Source: an uncultured Pseudomonadota bacterium (lineage in GTDB: Bacteria > JAMCPX01). From it: a stretch of 64,000 nt of DNA. The stretch is taken from NCBI GenBank assembly GCA_964547905.1, contig CAZJPN010000089.1:12909-76908 (forward strand). The letters are read 5' to 3'. The translations under genes and the position numbers were made by a program. Positions 10,335-19,711 of the stretch are shown here, piece after piece (position 1 is the stretch's first letter; every line of letters begins with the position of its first letter). The notes below the pieces were generated by a model. That model was given only the letters and a program-made list of their open reading frames with translations. It did not search any database and was not told the DNA's origin.

Positions 10335-11320
10335 ATGAAAATAAAAGATTGTTGAAACTAATTAAAAGATTCAGCAGCGGCAAGATCCTTGTAATAGGGG
10401 ATATAATGCTTGATGAGTTTGTATGGGGAAAGGTATCCCGTATATCTCCCGAAGCACCTGTACCAGTAGTGGAGGTAACAAAGGAAAATATCATGCTCGG
10501 TGGTGCAGCAAATGTGCTCAAAAACATACATGCACTCGGCGGACAGGCACTGCTGCTCGGGGTAATAGGCAGGGATTACAACGGAGAGAGATTACTGGAA
10601 ATATTAAAAGAGGGAGGCTACAGAACGGAGGGTATAATAGTGGATGAATCAAGGCATACATCGATAAAAACCAGGGTGGTGGCACAGCACCAGCAGGTAG
10701 TTCGGTTTGACAGGGAATCCAGGGATGAGCTTTCGAACAAAACCTACAAAAACATCACAGAACTGCTTTTATCAAAATTACCAAAACATGATGCTGTGGT
10801 AGTATCGGATTACGGTAAGGGCTTGATCAACAGAGGCATTATTTCAAGTATACTTAGATTCAAAAAAGACAATGGCATAATAATATCGGTCGATCCAAAG
10901 ATAAGAAACTTCAAGTTCTACAAGGGCGTTACAGTGATAACACCCAACCAGAAAGAGGCAGAAGAGGCTTGCGGTTTCGAAATAAATTCCCCAAAAACAC
11001 TTATCAAGGCCGGTACATATCTGTTAAAAAGATATGATACGGATGCAATTCTTATAACGCGTGGTGAACATGGCATGAGTCTTTTCCAAAAAGATGGTAC
11101 AGTCAAACATATACCAACGATAGCAAAAGAGGTATACGATGTTACAGGTGCAGGCGATACGGTAATATCGGCCCTTTCTTTATCTCTTGCAGTTAAGGCG
11201 AAATGGATCGATGCCTGTATACTATCAAATCATGCTGCCGGAATAGTTGTAGGAAAACTCGGAACCGCAACAGCTTCTGCAAAAGAACTTATAGCATCGG
11301 TCGAGAACACGCTGGAATAA
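10331..11320 (+). CDS. hldA: D-glycero-beta-D-manno-heptose-7-phosphate kinase (RfaE domain I / HldA-like), kinase only
   Basis: 329 aa. VIGDIMLDEFVWGKVSRISPEAPVPVV and the ribokinase-family DVTGAGDT motif. No adenylyltransferase domain is fused. Confidence 0.8.
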   Translation: MNENKRLLKLIKRFSSGKILVIGDIMLDEFVWGKVSRISPEAPVPVVEVTKENIMLGGAANVLKNIHALGGQALLLGVIGRDYNGERLLEILKEGGYRTEGIIVDESRHTSIKTRVVAQHQQVVRFDRESRDELSNKTYKNITELLLSKLPKHDAVVVSDYGKGLINRGIISSILRFKKDNGIIISVDPKIRNFKFYKGVTVITPNQKEAEEACGFEINSPKTLIKAGTYLLKRYDTDAILITRGEHGMSLFQKDGTVKHIPTIAKEVYDVTGAGDTVISALSLSLAVKAKWIDACILSNHAAGIVVGKLGTATASAKELIASVENTLE

Positions 11321-11323
11321 TTA

Positions 11324-11899
11324 TTACAGGAGTTTATACTTTCTTATTTTATAATAAAACGTTCTCCGGGACACTCCTAATAACTTGATAGCCTCGGACC
11401 TATTGTTTGTCTCATCGAGTGTTAACTGTATAAATTCCTTTTCAATACTACTTAAAACATCTTTTAGGTTTTTGTATTTTAAATTATTTTTTGAGTTTCC
11501 TGTTTTATCATTTTCCAAAATATCCAATCTTGAAACAGAATAGAATTCACTTAACAATGGATAGCGATGCTTTTTATTTATAATAACCATGAGACTTCCA
11601 ATGTATAAATCATCTTTCGTAAGAATTGATATATGTATAAGTCTTTGACTCTTGAATTTCAAAACTGAAATGCCCTCCGTGCTTAACCGCTCTTTTTTAA
11701 ACTTCATATTAAAACCGTTAATCTTAAGAACCTTCTCTACATCCAAATCAGTGATTTTAACATTTACTTTTTCTACGATCCTTCTTAAAGGAATATTCAT
11801 TCTTATTATTCTTTCATGTGAATCAGAAATAAAAGCCGGACAGCTAATGCTGCTTAATAATAAAAAGATTTTTTCAAGTAATTTTTTGTAATCATTCAT
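11324..11899 (-). CDS. PAS-like sensor fused to a Fis-type HTH transcriptional regulator
   Basis: 191 aa. C-terminus EAIKLLGVSRRTFYYKIRKY is a Fis/NtrC-type HTH. The N-terminal ~110 aa are PAS-like. No AAA+ sigma-54 domain. Confidence 0.6.
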   Translation of the reverse strand: MNDYKKLLEKIFLLLSSISCPAFISDSHERIIRMNIPLRRIVEKVNVKITDLDVEKVLKINGFNMKFKKERLSTEGISVLKFKSQRLIHISILTKDDLYIGSLMVIINKKHRYPLLSEFYSVSRLDILENDKTGNSKNNLKYKNLKDVLSSIEKEFIQLTLDETNNRSEAIKLLGVSRRTFYYKIRKYKLL

Positions 11900-12157
11900 A
11901 AATTGTTATGCCCTTCATTTACACTGTTAAGATGCACTGCCTTTTATGACGAGCCATCATGGAAAAATTTGAGTTAATTTCAATATAACGGTCTCACATT
12001 TTCTCCTTTAAATAGAACACTAACGGATAAATTTCAACAAATTCCTTCAATTGTCAATTAAAGTCCGTATCCGGTGTTACTAATTCAACACCAAAAATCT
12101 AAAAAATGCGCTCATATTTTTATTGAAAAAAAATATTTTACAAATTATATTGTTCCT

Positions 12158-12940
12158 ATGAACGAATTTATAATAGAGGAAAACGATCAAGAGATACATG
12201 TAATAAAGTTTCATAGGACGCCGCATAATTTCATGAAACTGTCTGTTCTTGAACAACTCGGCAGTGCAATTAACAAGATTGTGGCGCATAATGATTATGA
12301 AGGTCTCATTCTCATGAGCGCCATTGACAACATATTTATCTCCGGCCATGAAGTCGTTGATCTCTATGAAGAAAATAACGATAGAAAACTCAAGAAGTAT
12401 CTAAGATATGTAGCTGAGATACTTCTGTCGATCCAGAGGCTCAACATACCTACACTTACAATAATAAACGGGAATTGTGTAGGGTTCGGACTCGAACTTG
12501 CGTTATGCACCGATTTTAGAATTGCATCAGATGGCGATATAAACATAGGGTTTCCCGATACAAAGCTCGGTACATTCCCTCCCTTCGGCGGTATATACAG
12601 GCTTGTGAGTCTTATAGGCGAAACAAGGGCAAGAGAGTTACTGTTGAAAGGCAGACTTTTAAAACCACAAACAGCGGTTGAATGGGGATTGATAGATGCC
12701 ATAACGAGTCAAGATAACATCATGGTAGATGCCCAAAAATTGCTGAAAGGCATATCAAGACATGCGTCACTGGCTATGACTGCAATAAAAAGATCCATAG
12801 TTGATGCCACTTTGAAGGATTTTATGTCGGTTATTCAGGAGGACATCGAGGACTATACAACAATAGTCCATTCCTATGATTATTCGGAAGGCAAAAAAGC
12901 CCTTCAGGAAAACAGAATCCCGGAGTTTAAAAAGAAATAA
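12158..12940 (+). CDS. Enoyl-CoA hydratase/isomerase (crotonase) family protein
   Basis: Crotonase oxyanion-hole region INGNCVGFGLELALCTDFRIA. Start placed at the internal Met MNEFII. Confidence 0.75.
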   Translation: MNEFIIEENDQEIHVIKFHRTPHNFMKLSVLEQLGSAINKIVAHNDYEGLILMSAIDNIFISGHEVVDLYEENNDRKLKKYLRYVAEILLSIQRLNIPTLTIINGNCVGFGLELALCTDFRIASDGDINIGFPDTKLGTFPPFGGIYRLVSLIGETRARELLLKGRLLKPQTAVEWGLIDAITSQDNIMVDAQKLLKGISRHASLAMTAIKRSIVDATLKDFMSVIQEDIEDYTTIVHSYDYSEGKKALQENRIPEFKKK

Positions 12941-12945
12941 TATTC

Positions 12946-13737
12946 TTATTTTCCTTTAAAGTTACCCTGACGTTTTTCAAGCATTGCCATAAGCCCCTCT
13001 TTTGCATCCTCTGTTTCCATAATCTTCATAGCACTTGGCAAAAGATCCATAGCAGCAGCTTCAACCCCTTTATTAATTGCTGTTCTGGCAGATGCAAGAG
13101 TGGCTTGTACACCGAGTGGTGCCTGAAGTGAAACTGTTTCTGCGATCTCTATTGCACGTGTAAGCTCCCTGCCAGGCTCGGTAATCTCCTGTATCAATCC
13201 TATGCGGTATGCTTCTGACGCGTTGATCTCGTCACCTGTAAGCAAATACCTCATTGCATTTCCCCATCCGGCTACCTGCACCATACGTATTGTTGCTCCG
13301 CCAAAAGGGTAGATACCGCGTTTTATTTCGATCTGTAACAATTTGGAGTCAGAGGCTGCAATTATAACATCAGCGGCAAGTGATAATTCTATTCCCACAG
13401 TCATACAATATCCTCTAATTGCACATAGAAGCGGCTTGGTTCGAGCTTTTCCATATAAAGCCCATGGATCTATCTTATCTTCCGATATGAACGATTGGCC
13501 TGATTTTACCTTTGGTCCAACATCCGCAAGATCAAGCCCTGAAGTAAAATGATCTCCATGACCGAACAAAACAGCACACCTCAAATTTGAATCTCTTTCA
13601 TATTCGGTATACGCATTACCAAGCTCTAAAAGCATATTCCAGGTTAAGGCGTTACGCTTGGCAGGTCTGTTAATACCTATTAAAAAGACATGCCCGCGAA
13701 CCTCCCGTGTAATAGTTCCTTCTTTTGGATTAGACAT
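12946..13737 (-). CDS. Enoyl-CoA hydratase
   Basis: 263 aa. INRPAKRNAL...CAIRGYCMTVGIELSLAADVIIAAS is the crotonase fold. Confidence 0.8.
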   Translation of the reverse strand: MSNPKEGTITREVRGHVFLIGINRPAKRNALTWNMLLELGNAYTEYERDSNLRCAVLFGHGDHFTSGLDLADVGPKVKSGQSFISEDKIDPWALYGKARTKPLLCAIRGYCMTVGIELSLAADVIIAASDSKLLQIEIKRGIYPFGGATIRMVQVAGWGNAMRYLLTGDEINASEAYRIGLIQEITEPGRELTRAIEIAETVSLQAPLGVQATLASARTAINKGVEAAAMDLLPSAMKIMETEDAKEGLMAMLEKRQGNFKGK

Positions 13738-13950
13738 ATTTAACTCCTTAAAGTTTAGTTTCTATTAAGCCCCACCAAATAGCTTTCAACATAAGGCAAA
13801 ACAAAGTTTTTTATCGAAAAATTTTATTTAAATATGCTCAAATAACCTACATCTATTATTGTAATTTATTATCTATGAAGTGTAACCAAAAATCTCGTTC
13901 ATTGTCAATAAAATAAATAAAAAGCCCCACGATACTATGTGTTAAATCCA

Positions 13951-13978
13951 TGTAAATTCTATGTAAACTACAATTTAC
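13951..13978 (+). promoter_or_regulatory. Candidate Pho box: TGTAAA direct repeats with 11-bp periodicity upstream of pstC
   Basis: aTGTAAAttct aTGTAAActac aaTTTAC. The two hexamers are exactly 11 bp apart, ~45-65 bp upstream of the pstC ATG. Confidence 0.4.
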
Positions 13979-14017
13979 TTGTTTGTGAAATTTATTGGAT
14001 GTATTTTTACCCATATC

Positions 14018-14926
14018 ATGGGAAAAAGAATAGGCGATCGTATCATTAAATTTTTGTCATTATTTTTCGCTTTTTTTATTTTAATACTTCTATTTGGAAT
14101 CGTCTATGAATTAATACGGGGATCGTCAGCTTCTATTTCACACTTTGGCTGGAGGTTTCTCATAACCTCAACCTGGAACCCGGTCAATCAGGTCTTCGGC
14201 GCTTTGCCGTTTATCTTCGGTACCATTGTTTCATCGATTATTGCTTTAATCATAGCCCTGCCGTTGAGTATAGGCATAGCGATCTACCTTTCAGAACTTG
14301 CGTCCAACAGGGTGAAGTTTTTTGTCTCCCTCATGATTGAACTGCTCGCAGCTATACCGAGTATAATCTATGGACTATGGGGATTATTTGTTATGACACC
14401 TTTCCTGCAGGTCCACGTTGAACCTTTTCTTGGCAAATACCTTGGCTTTATCCCTCTCTTTCAAGGTCCACCGGTTGGAGTGGGTATGCTCGCGGGCGGC
14501 CTCATACTCGCAATTATGATTATACCGACCATTGCATCCGTAACAAGGGACATATTCAATACAATCCCCATGCTGTACAAAGAAGCCGGATTCGCAATCG
14601 GCATGACGAGATGGGAAGTTATATCAAAAATAGTCTTTCCCCAGGCCAGATCGGGTATGATTGGTGCAATCATGCTGGGATTCGGCAGGGCACTCGGGGA
14701 AACGATGGCCATAACCATGGTAATTGGCAATGCCCCGGCTATGTCCCCGTCGTTATTCTCGCCGTCATACACGCTGGCCAGCGTCATAGCCAATGAATTT
14801 ACAGAAGCAACATCGAAAATATATATATCTTCGCTTATAGAACTCGCACTCCTGTTATTCATAATTTCCATGACCTTTAACGCCGTTGCAAAACTGCTTA
14901 TCAGAAAAGGAAAGTTCACAGAATGA
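14018..14926 (+). CDS. pstC: Phosphate ABC transporter permease PstC
   Basis: Aligns with E. coli PstC from MGKRIGDRI onward (GALPFIFGTIVSS..., EAA-loop region). The ORF track opens earlier, at a TTG at 13979. Confidence 0.85.
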   Translation: MGKRIGDRIIKFLSLFFAFFILILLFGIVYELIRGSSASISHFGWRFLITSTWNPVNQVFGALPFIFGTIVSSIIALIIALPLSIGIAIYLSELASNRVKFFVSLMIELLAAIPSIIYGLWGLFVMTPFLQVHVEPFLGKYLGFIPLFQGPPVGVGMLAGGLILAIMIIPTIASVTRDIFNTIPMLYKEAGFAIGMTRWEVISKIVFPQARSGMIGAIMLGFGRALGETMAITMVIGNAPAMSPSLFSPSYTLASVIANEFTEATSKIYISSLIELALLLFIISMTFNAVAKLLIRKGKFTE

Positions 14927-15768
14927 GCTCAATGACGTATCTCAAGAGACGCATTGTAAACAAAACCATGCTTTTCTTTTCTTATGGCTCCGCAGCCATC
15001 GGCGTTCTTATTCTGTTCCTCATACTTTCATACATAATTATTAAAGGAGCATCATCCATAAACATCGACTTTTTTATAAAACTGCCAAAACCAACAGGGG
15101 AGACTGGCGGCGGTATAGCAAATGCCATTGTCGGGAGTTTCATTGTTGTAGGTATAGCATCTGCAATAGCAATACCCGTCGGCATAATGTCCGGTATATA
15201 CCTGGCAGAGTTCGGCAAAAACAAATTTGCCTCGTTCATACGGTATTTCTCGGATGTCCTGAACGGCATACCTTCAATCGTAACCGGCATCGTAGCGTAC
15301 GTCTTTGTTGTTTTACCGATGCACGGGTTTTCGGCACTTGCCGGAGGAATCGCATTGTCAATCATGATGATCCCCATCATAACGAGGACCAGCGAAGAAC
15401 TGATACGCATGGTGCCAAATAACATACGGGAGGCTGCACTTGCACTCGGTATACCGCAGTGGAAGGTTATATTGTTTATCGTTTTGAGGACTGCATCGAC
15501 AGGTATTGTGACCGGCATCATGCTCGCGGTAGCAAGGGTCGGCGGTGAAACGGCACCGTTGCTGTTTACCGCATTCAACAATTCTTTCATGAGCTTCAAG
15601 CTGGACCAGCCCATCTCGACCATGACGGTGCTTATCTACAACTACGCATCATCACCGTACCCAGATTGGAATACAATAGCATGGGGTACTGCGTTCATCC
15701 TCATCATGATCCTGCTCGTGGTTAATATAATATCAAAGATGTTTACAAAGACAAAATATTATTCATAA
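14923..15768 (+). CDS. pstA: Phosphate ABC transporter permease PstA
   Basis: 281 aa, 6-TM ABC permease. 4-nt overlap with pstC. Confidence 0.85.
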   Translation: MSSMTYLKRRIVNKTMLFFSYGSAAIGVLILFLILSYIIIKGASSINIDFFIKLPKPTGETGGGIANAIVGSFIVVGIASAIAIPVGIMSGIYLAEFGKNKFASFIRYFSDVLNGIPSIVTGIVAYVFVVLPMHGFSALAGGIALSIMMIPIITRTSEELIRMVPNNIREAALALGIPQWKVILFIVLRTASTGIVTGIMLAVARVGGETAPLLFTAFNNSFMSFKLDQPISTMTVLIYNYASSPYPDWNTIAWGTAFILIMILLVVNIISKMFTKTKYYS

Positions 15769-15779
15769 GATAAAACTCT

Positions 15780-16538
15780 ATGGCAAAAAAACTTATTATA
15801 GAACACCTCAATGCATGGTTCGGAACCGTACAGGCACTGAAAGATATCAATATTGATATAGAAGAAAACGGTGTAACCGCTGTCATAGGACCTTCGGGAT
15901 GCGGGAAAACCACATTCGTAAGATGCCTGAACAGAATCCATGAAGTGGTTGATAACGCAAAGGTAAACGGCAGCGTATTGCTCGACGGTGAGAACGTATA
16001 CTCCAACACCATGGATCCGGTTCTTGTCAGGCGCAGGATCGGCATGGTATTCCAAAAGCCCAATCCTTTTCCGACAATGAGTATATTCGAGAATGTTGCG
16101 GCCGGGCTAAGATTGAATGGCTCAAAAAAGAAGAATGAGATCGCGGACAGAGTAGAAAGAAGTATCAAGATGGCGGCACTTTGGGATGAAGTGAAAGACA
16201 AGCTCTATAAATCTGCCACTGCCCTATCTGGCGGTCAGCAGCAGAGATTATGCATAGCAAGAACAATTGCGATAGAACCCGAGGTTATACTTATGGATGA
16301 ACCGGCATCTGCCCTGGATCCTATATCAACCGCCCATATAGAGGAGCTTATTCAGCAAATAAAAGAGAAATATACAATTGTCATTGTAACGCACAATATG
16401 CAACAGGCAGCACGGGTTTCTGATTATACGGGATTTTTTCTTCTTGGGGAACTCATAGAATTCAACAAAACATCGGATATATTCACTAATCCTAAGGACA
16501 AAAGGACAGAGGATTATATAACAGGAAGGTTTGGATAA
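15780..16538 (+). CDS. pstB: Phosphate ABC transporter ATP-binding protein PstB
   Basis: Walker [13 protein letters not shown] signature LSGGQQQR, Walker B ILMDEP. Confidence 0.9.
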   Translation: MAKKLIIEHLNAWFGTVQALKDINIDIEENGVTAVIGPSGCGKTTFVRCLNRIHEVVDNAKVNGSVLLDGENVYSNTMDPVLVRRRIGMVFQKPNPFPTMSIFENVAAGLRLNGSKKKNEIADRVERSIKMAALWDEVKDKLYKSATALSGGQQQRLCIARTIAIEPEVILMDEPASALDPISTAHIEELIQQIKEKYTIVIVTHNMQQAARVSDYTGFFLLGELIEFNKTSDIFTNPKDKRTEDYITGRFG

Positions 16539-16652
16539 ACCCCGTTAGAAAGGACGTGGCTTTGGACCACACCTTTTCTATAACGAAATTAAATGTTACC
16601 CTATTGTTTCTCCATAAATGGGGGGACTTTCTAATGAGGTAAAGGAGTATTT

Positions 16653-17315
16653 ATGGAAAGAAAATTTGACGAGGAGTTAAAAGAATTATCCGGTATGCTT
16701 ATGAAAATGGGGAGTCTTGCGCAAACAATGATCCATAAATCCATAAAAGCACTCGTTGATAGAGACCGGACAATGCTCAAAGAGGTTTATACGCTGGAAG
16801 AATCCGTTAATGTTATGCACGTAGAGATTGATGATTTCTGTTTAAAACTATTGGCATTAAGACAACCGCAGGCGGGTGATCTACGCATGGTAACCGCAGC
16901 AATAAAAATTAATACCGATCTTGAAAGGCTTGGGGATCAGGCTGTTAACATAGCCCAGAGGACCGAATCCTTGCTTGAAAGACCTGCTATAAAACCACTC
17001 GTTGACATACCAAGAGAGTCCACAATAGCCCAAAAAATGGTAAACGACAGTCTTGACGCCTTTATAAAAAAAGATGTAAAGCTTGCCGAGGATGTCCTTA
17101 CAAGGGACGATACAATAGACGATATAAACAACCAGGTATTCAGGGAATTGCTGACCTATATGATGAGCGACCACACAACCATACCCATTGCCTTTGATCT
17201 TATATTCGTATCAAAAAACCTTGAACGTATAGCGGATCATGCTACAAACATAGCAGAGGATGTTATATTTATGGTAATCGGCAAAGATATAAGACATCAT
17301 CTGGCGATAAAATGA
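16653..17315 (+). CDS. phoU: Phosphate signalling complex protein PhoU
   Basis: 220 aa, two PhoU repeats (E..D..VD and ADHATNIAEDV). Confidence 0.85.
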   Translation: MERKFDEELKELSGMLMKMGSLAQTMIHKSIKALVDRDRTMLKEVYTLEESVNVMHVEIDDFCLKLLALRQPQAGDLRMVTAAIKINTDLERLGDQAVNIAQRTESLLERPAIKPLVDIPRESTIAQKMVNDSLDAFIKKDVKLAEDVLTRDDTIDDINNQVFRELLTYMMSDHTTIPIAFDLIFVSKNLERIADHATNIAEDVIFMVIGKDIRHHLAIK

Positions 17316-18070
17316 AAAATTTTAATTATAGAATTACACTTTTATTATTTGTGCTGTTTGCTTTCATATACAACTGTGCTTCAGCTCCTGTGAAAGAAAA
17401 ACCAGGACCGGAAACATACTACAATGAGGCAATGAAAGAGTTGAAAGGCGGATGGCTGTTCGGGCCTGATTATGCACAAGTAAGACAAAAATTAAATCAA
17501 ATAGTGGATAATTACCCGTATTCAACCTATGCAGCTCTTGCCCAGCTTCGCATAGGGGATACTTACTACAAAGAGGGCAGATATCTTGAATCAGCAGAGG
17601 CTTACGATCATTTTATCAAGTTGTACCCAAACGACAAAAACATACCTTATGCTGTCTTCATGGAAGGCAGATCTTTCCTCGAAAACCAGAAGTCATGGCT
17701 TATAGGAGGCATACCATACGATATAGATCCAACGGGCATATACAATGCTTTCGATGAATTCAAATATATCGTTGATAATTATCCGTCTTCTCCGTATGCG
17801 GATAAGGCAAAAAAATATGCTTTACTATGTGAAAAGACACTTGCAAACCACGACCTGTATATAGCCGATTTTTACATGTCGCAAGACCACTATGAAGCAG
17901 CGATAGACAGATTGAAAACTGTATACGAGAAATACCCTGATAGCGGAGTCGGTGACAAGGCTCTCTATAAGCTTGCAACAATATATAAAAAAATAAACGC
18001 ACCCGAAGAATACAATAAGACTATCGAACTATTAAAACAGAAATACCCGGAAAGCAGCTACAATAAATAA
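17312..18070 (+). CDS. bamD: Outer membrane protein assembly factor BamD (TPR lipoprotein)
   Basis: Lipobox IYNCAS. TPR-like half-sites DNYPYSTYAALAQLRIGDTYYKEGRY typical of BamD/YfiO. ATGA overlap with phoU. Confidence 0.7.
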   Translation: MKNFNYRITLLLFVLFAFIYNCASAPVKEKPGPETYYNEAMKELKGGWLFGPDYAQVRQKLNQIVDNYPYSTYAALAQLRIGDTYYKEGRYLESAEAYDHFIKLYPNDKNIPYAVFMEGRSFLENQKSWLIGGIPYDIDPTGIYNAFDEFKYIVDNYPSSPYADKAKKYALLCEKTLANHDLYIADFYMSQDHYEAAIDRLKTVYEKYPDSGVGDKALYKLATIYKKINAPEEYNKTIELLKQKYPESSYNK

Positions 18071-18105
18071 ATATTAACCGCAAAGCGGTAAAGGAAAAAA
18101 AACTT

Positions 18106-19665
18106 ATGAATTTTGAAGAACTTGGCATATCAGCACAGATACTAAAGGCTATTTACGAGATAGGCTATGAGGAGCCGACTCCTATACAGAAAGGCGCTAT
18201 ACCGCCTGCACTGGAAGGAAAGGACATTATAGGACAGGCCCAAACAGGCACGGGAAAGACCGCTGCGTTTGCAATCCCAATACTACAACTGTGCAGAAAA
18301 GGTATGCATACTTCGGCTATAGTACTTGAGCCCACGCGTGAACTCGCCATACAGGTATCCGAAGAGTTCAACAAAATCGGAAAATTCAAAGGGCTCAGCG
18401 CCATTCCGATTTATGGAGGACAGTCTATCGAGCATCAGCTACGAGCTCTGAAAAAAGGAGTAGATATAGTAATAGGGACACCGGGACGTGTGATAGACCA
18501 TATTCAGAGAGGTACGCTGAAGCTTGACAGGGTAAACATAGCGGTTCTTGACGAAGCTGATGACATGCTTGATATGGGCTTTATCGATGACATTAAAAAG
18601 ATACTCGCGAAAACACCCGAGGAAAGGCAGACGATGCTGTTTTCAGCTACGATCGATAACAAAGTAATCGATATTTCAAAAAAATATATGCGTGACCCTG
18701 TAAAGGTTATGGTAAATGTTGCGGATATTGTTGTTCCCAAGATACGACAAATATTTTACGAGGTACGCGAAGATGAGAAAATCGACGCTCTTTCAAGAAT
18801 CATTGATGTTGAAGACCTCTCCAGGTGTCTTGTATTCTGCCACACGAAAAGAGAAGCAGACCGTGTTGCATTAAAGTTGAAAGACATTGGATACAACGCC
18901 GATGCCATACACGGAGATTATTCTCAGTCGCAGCGCAACACTGCCATGAGGCACTTTAAGGACGGCACGATAGATATCCTGGTTGCAACCGATGTCGCAG
19001 CAAGAGGGCTCGATATTCAGGACGTAACGCATGTGATTAATTACAGCATACCGCAGGATCCGGAAAGCTACATACACAGGATAGGAAGAACAGGTAGGGC
19101 GGGTAAATCCGGAATAGCAATTATGTTTGTTACACCAAGGGAGTACAAAGAACTCCGCATTATTGAAAAGATCGCGAAAACAAAGATATCAAAAGAAAAG
19201 CTCCCTTCTTCAAAAGAGGTGATGGAGGCAAAGCAACAGTCAATACTTGACAGCATCACATCTGTAATAGATAAAGGTGACCACAGCAGCTTCATCCCCG
19301 CAGCCGGAAAGCTCCTTGAAAAATACGATCCAAAGGAATGCCTCGCGGCTGCCATGAGTATGGCATTCAGCGGCATATCAGGACAGGAAAAAGAAAGAGA
19401 ACATGGTTCCATGAGTCAGATGAGCAGACTTTTTATGACTGCCGGTAAAAGGGACGGTATAACCGCAAAAGACATTGTGAAGACTTTTACCGCAGAAGCC
19501 GGAGTACCGTTCAGTGAGATCGGAAGAATAACTCCAATGGATACGTTCACCTTCGTCGAGGTATCGAAGGACTATGCAGAACGTGTGATCCAGTCCATAG
19601 ATAAAATCATACTGAAAGGCAAAGAGATACGGATAGAAAAAGCACGGGAAAGAAAGAGAAACTAA
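18106..19665 (+). CDS. deaD: DEAD-box ATP-dependent RNA helicase with C-terminal DbpA-type RNA-binding domain
   Basis: Q-motif, AQTGTGKT, DEAD, SAT and HRIGRTGR motifs. C-terminal ~80 aa are DbpA-like. Confidence 0.85.
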   Translation: MNFEELGISAQILKAIYEIGYEEPTPIQKGAIPPALEGKDIIGQAQTGTGKTAAFAIPILQLCRKGMHTSAIVLEPTRELAIQVSEEFNKIGKFKGLSAIPIYGGQSIEHQLRALKKGVDIVIGTPGRVIDHIQRGTLKLDRVNIAVLDEADDMLDMGFIDDIKKILAKTPEERQTMLFSATIDNKVIDISKKYMRDPVKVMVNVADIVVPKIRQIFYEVREDEKIDALSRIIDVEDLSRCLVFCHTKREADRVALKLKDIGYNADAIHGDYSQSQRNTAMRHFKDGTIDILVATDVAARGLDIQDVTHVINYSIPQDPESYIHRIGRTGRAGKSGIAIMFVTPREYKELRIIEKIAKTKISKEKLPSSKEVMEAKQQSILDSITSVIDKGDHSSFIPAAGKLLEKYDPKECLAAAMSMAFSGISGQEKEREHGSMSQMSRLFMTAGKRDGITAKDIVKTFTAEAGVPFSEIGRITPMDTFTFVEVSKDYAERVIQSIDKIILKGKEIRIEKARERKRN

Positions 19666-19711
19666 CGCTTGTGTCATAATTACATAAACTTCCCTATTGC
19701 ATTTTTCGGGT

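Noticed and set aside
12051-12060. Recurring TTGTCAAT / ATTGACA motif upstream of fatty-acid genes (12051, 13895, 26075, 32027, 35003-35025). It was first considered as a shared operator for a fatty-acid regulon.
   Set aside because: The core is just the sigma-70 -35 hexamer TTGACA (or its complement). Several copies have a plausible -10 at 17 bp on the appropriate strand. This is better explained as ordinary promoters than as a dedicated regulator site.
13979-14017. TTG start for pstC as given by the ORF track
   Set aside because: Alignment to PstC begins at MGKRIGDRI (ATG at 14018). The TTG extension would overlap the candidate Pho box and promoter.
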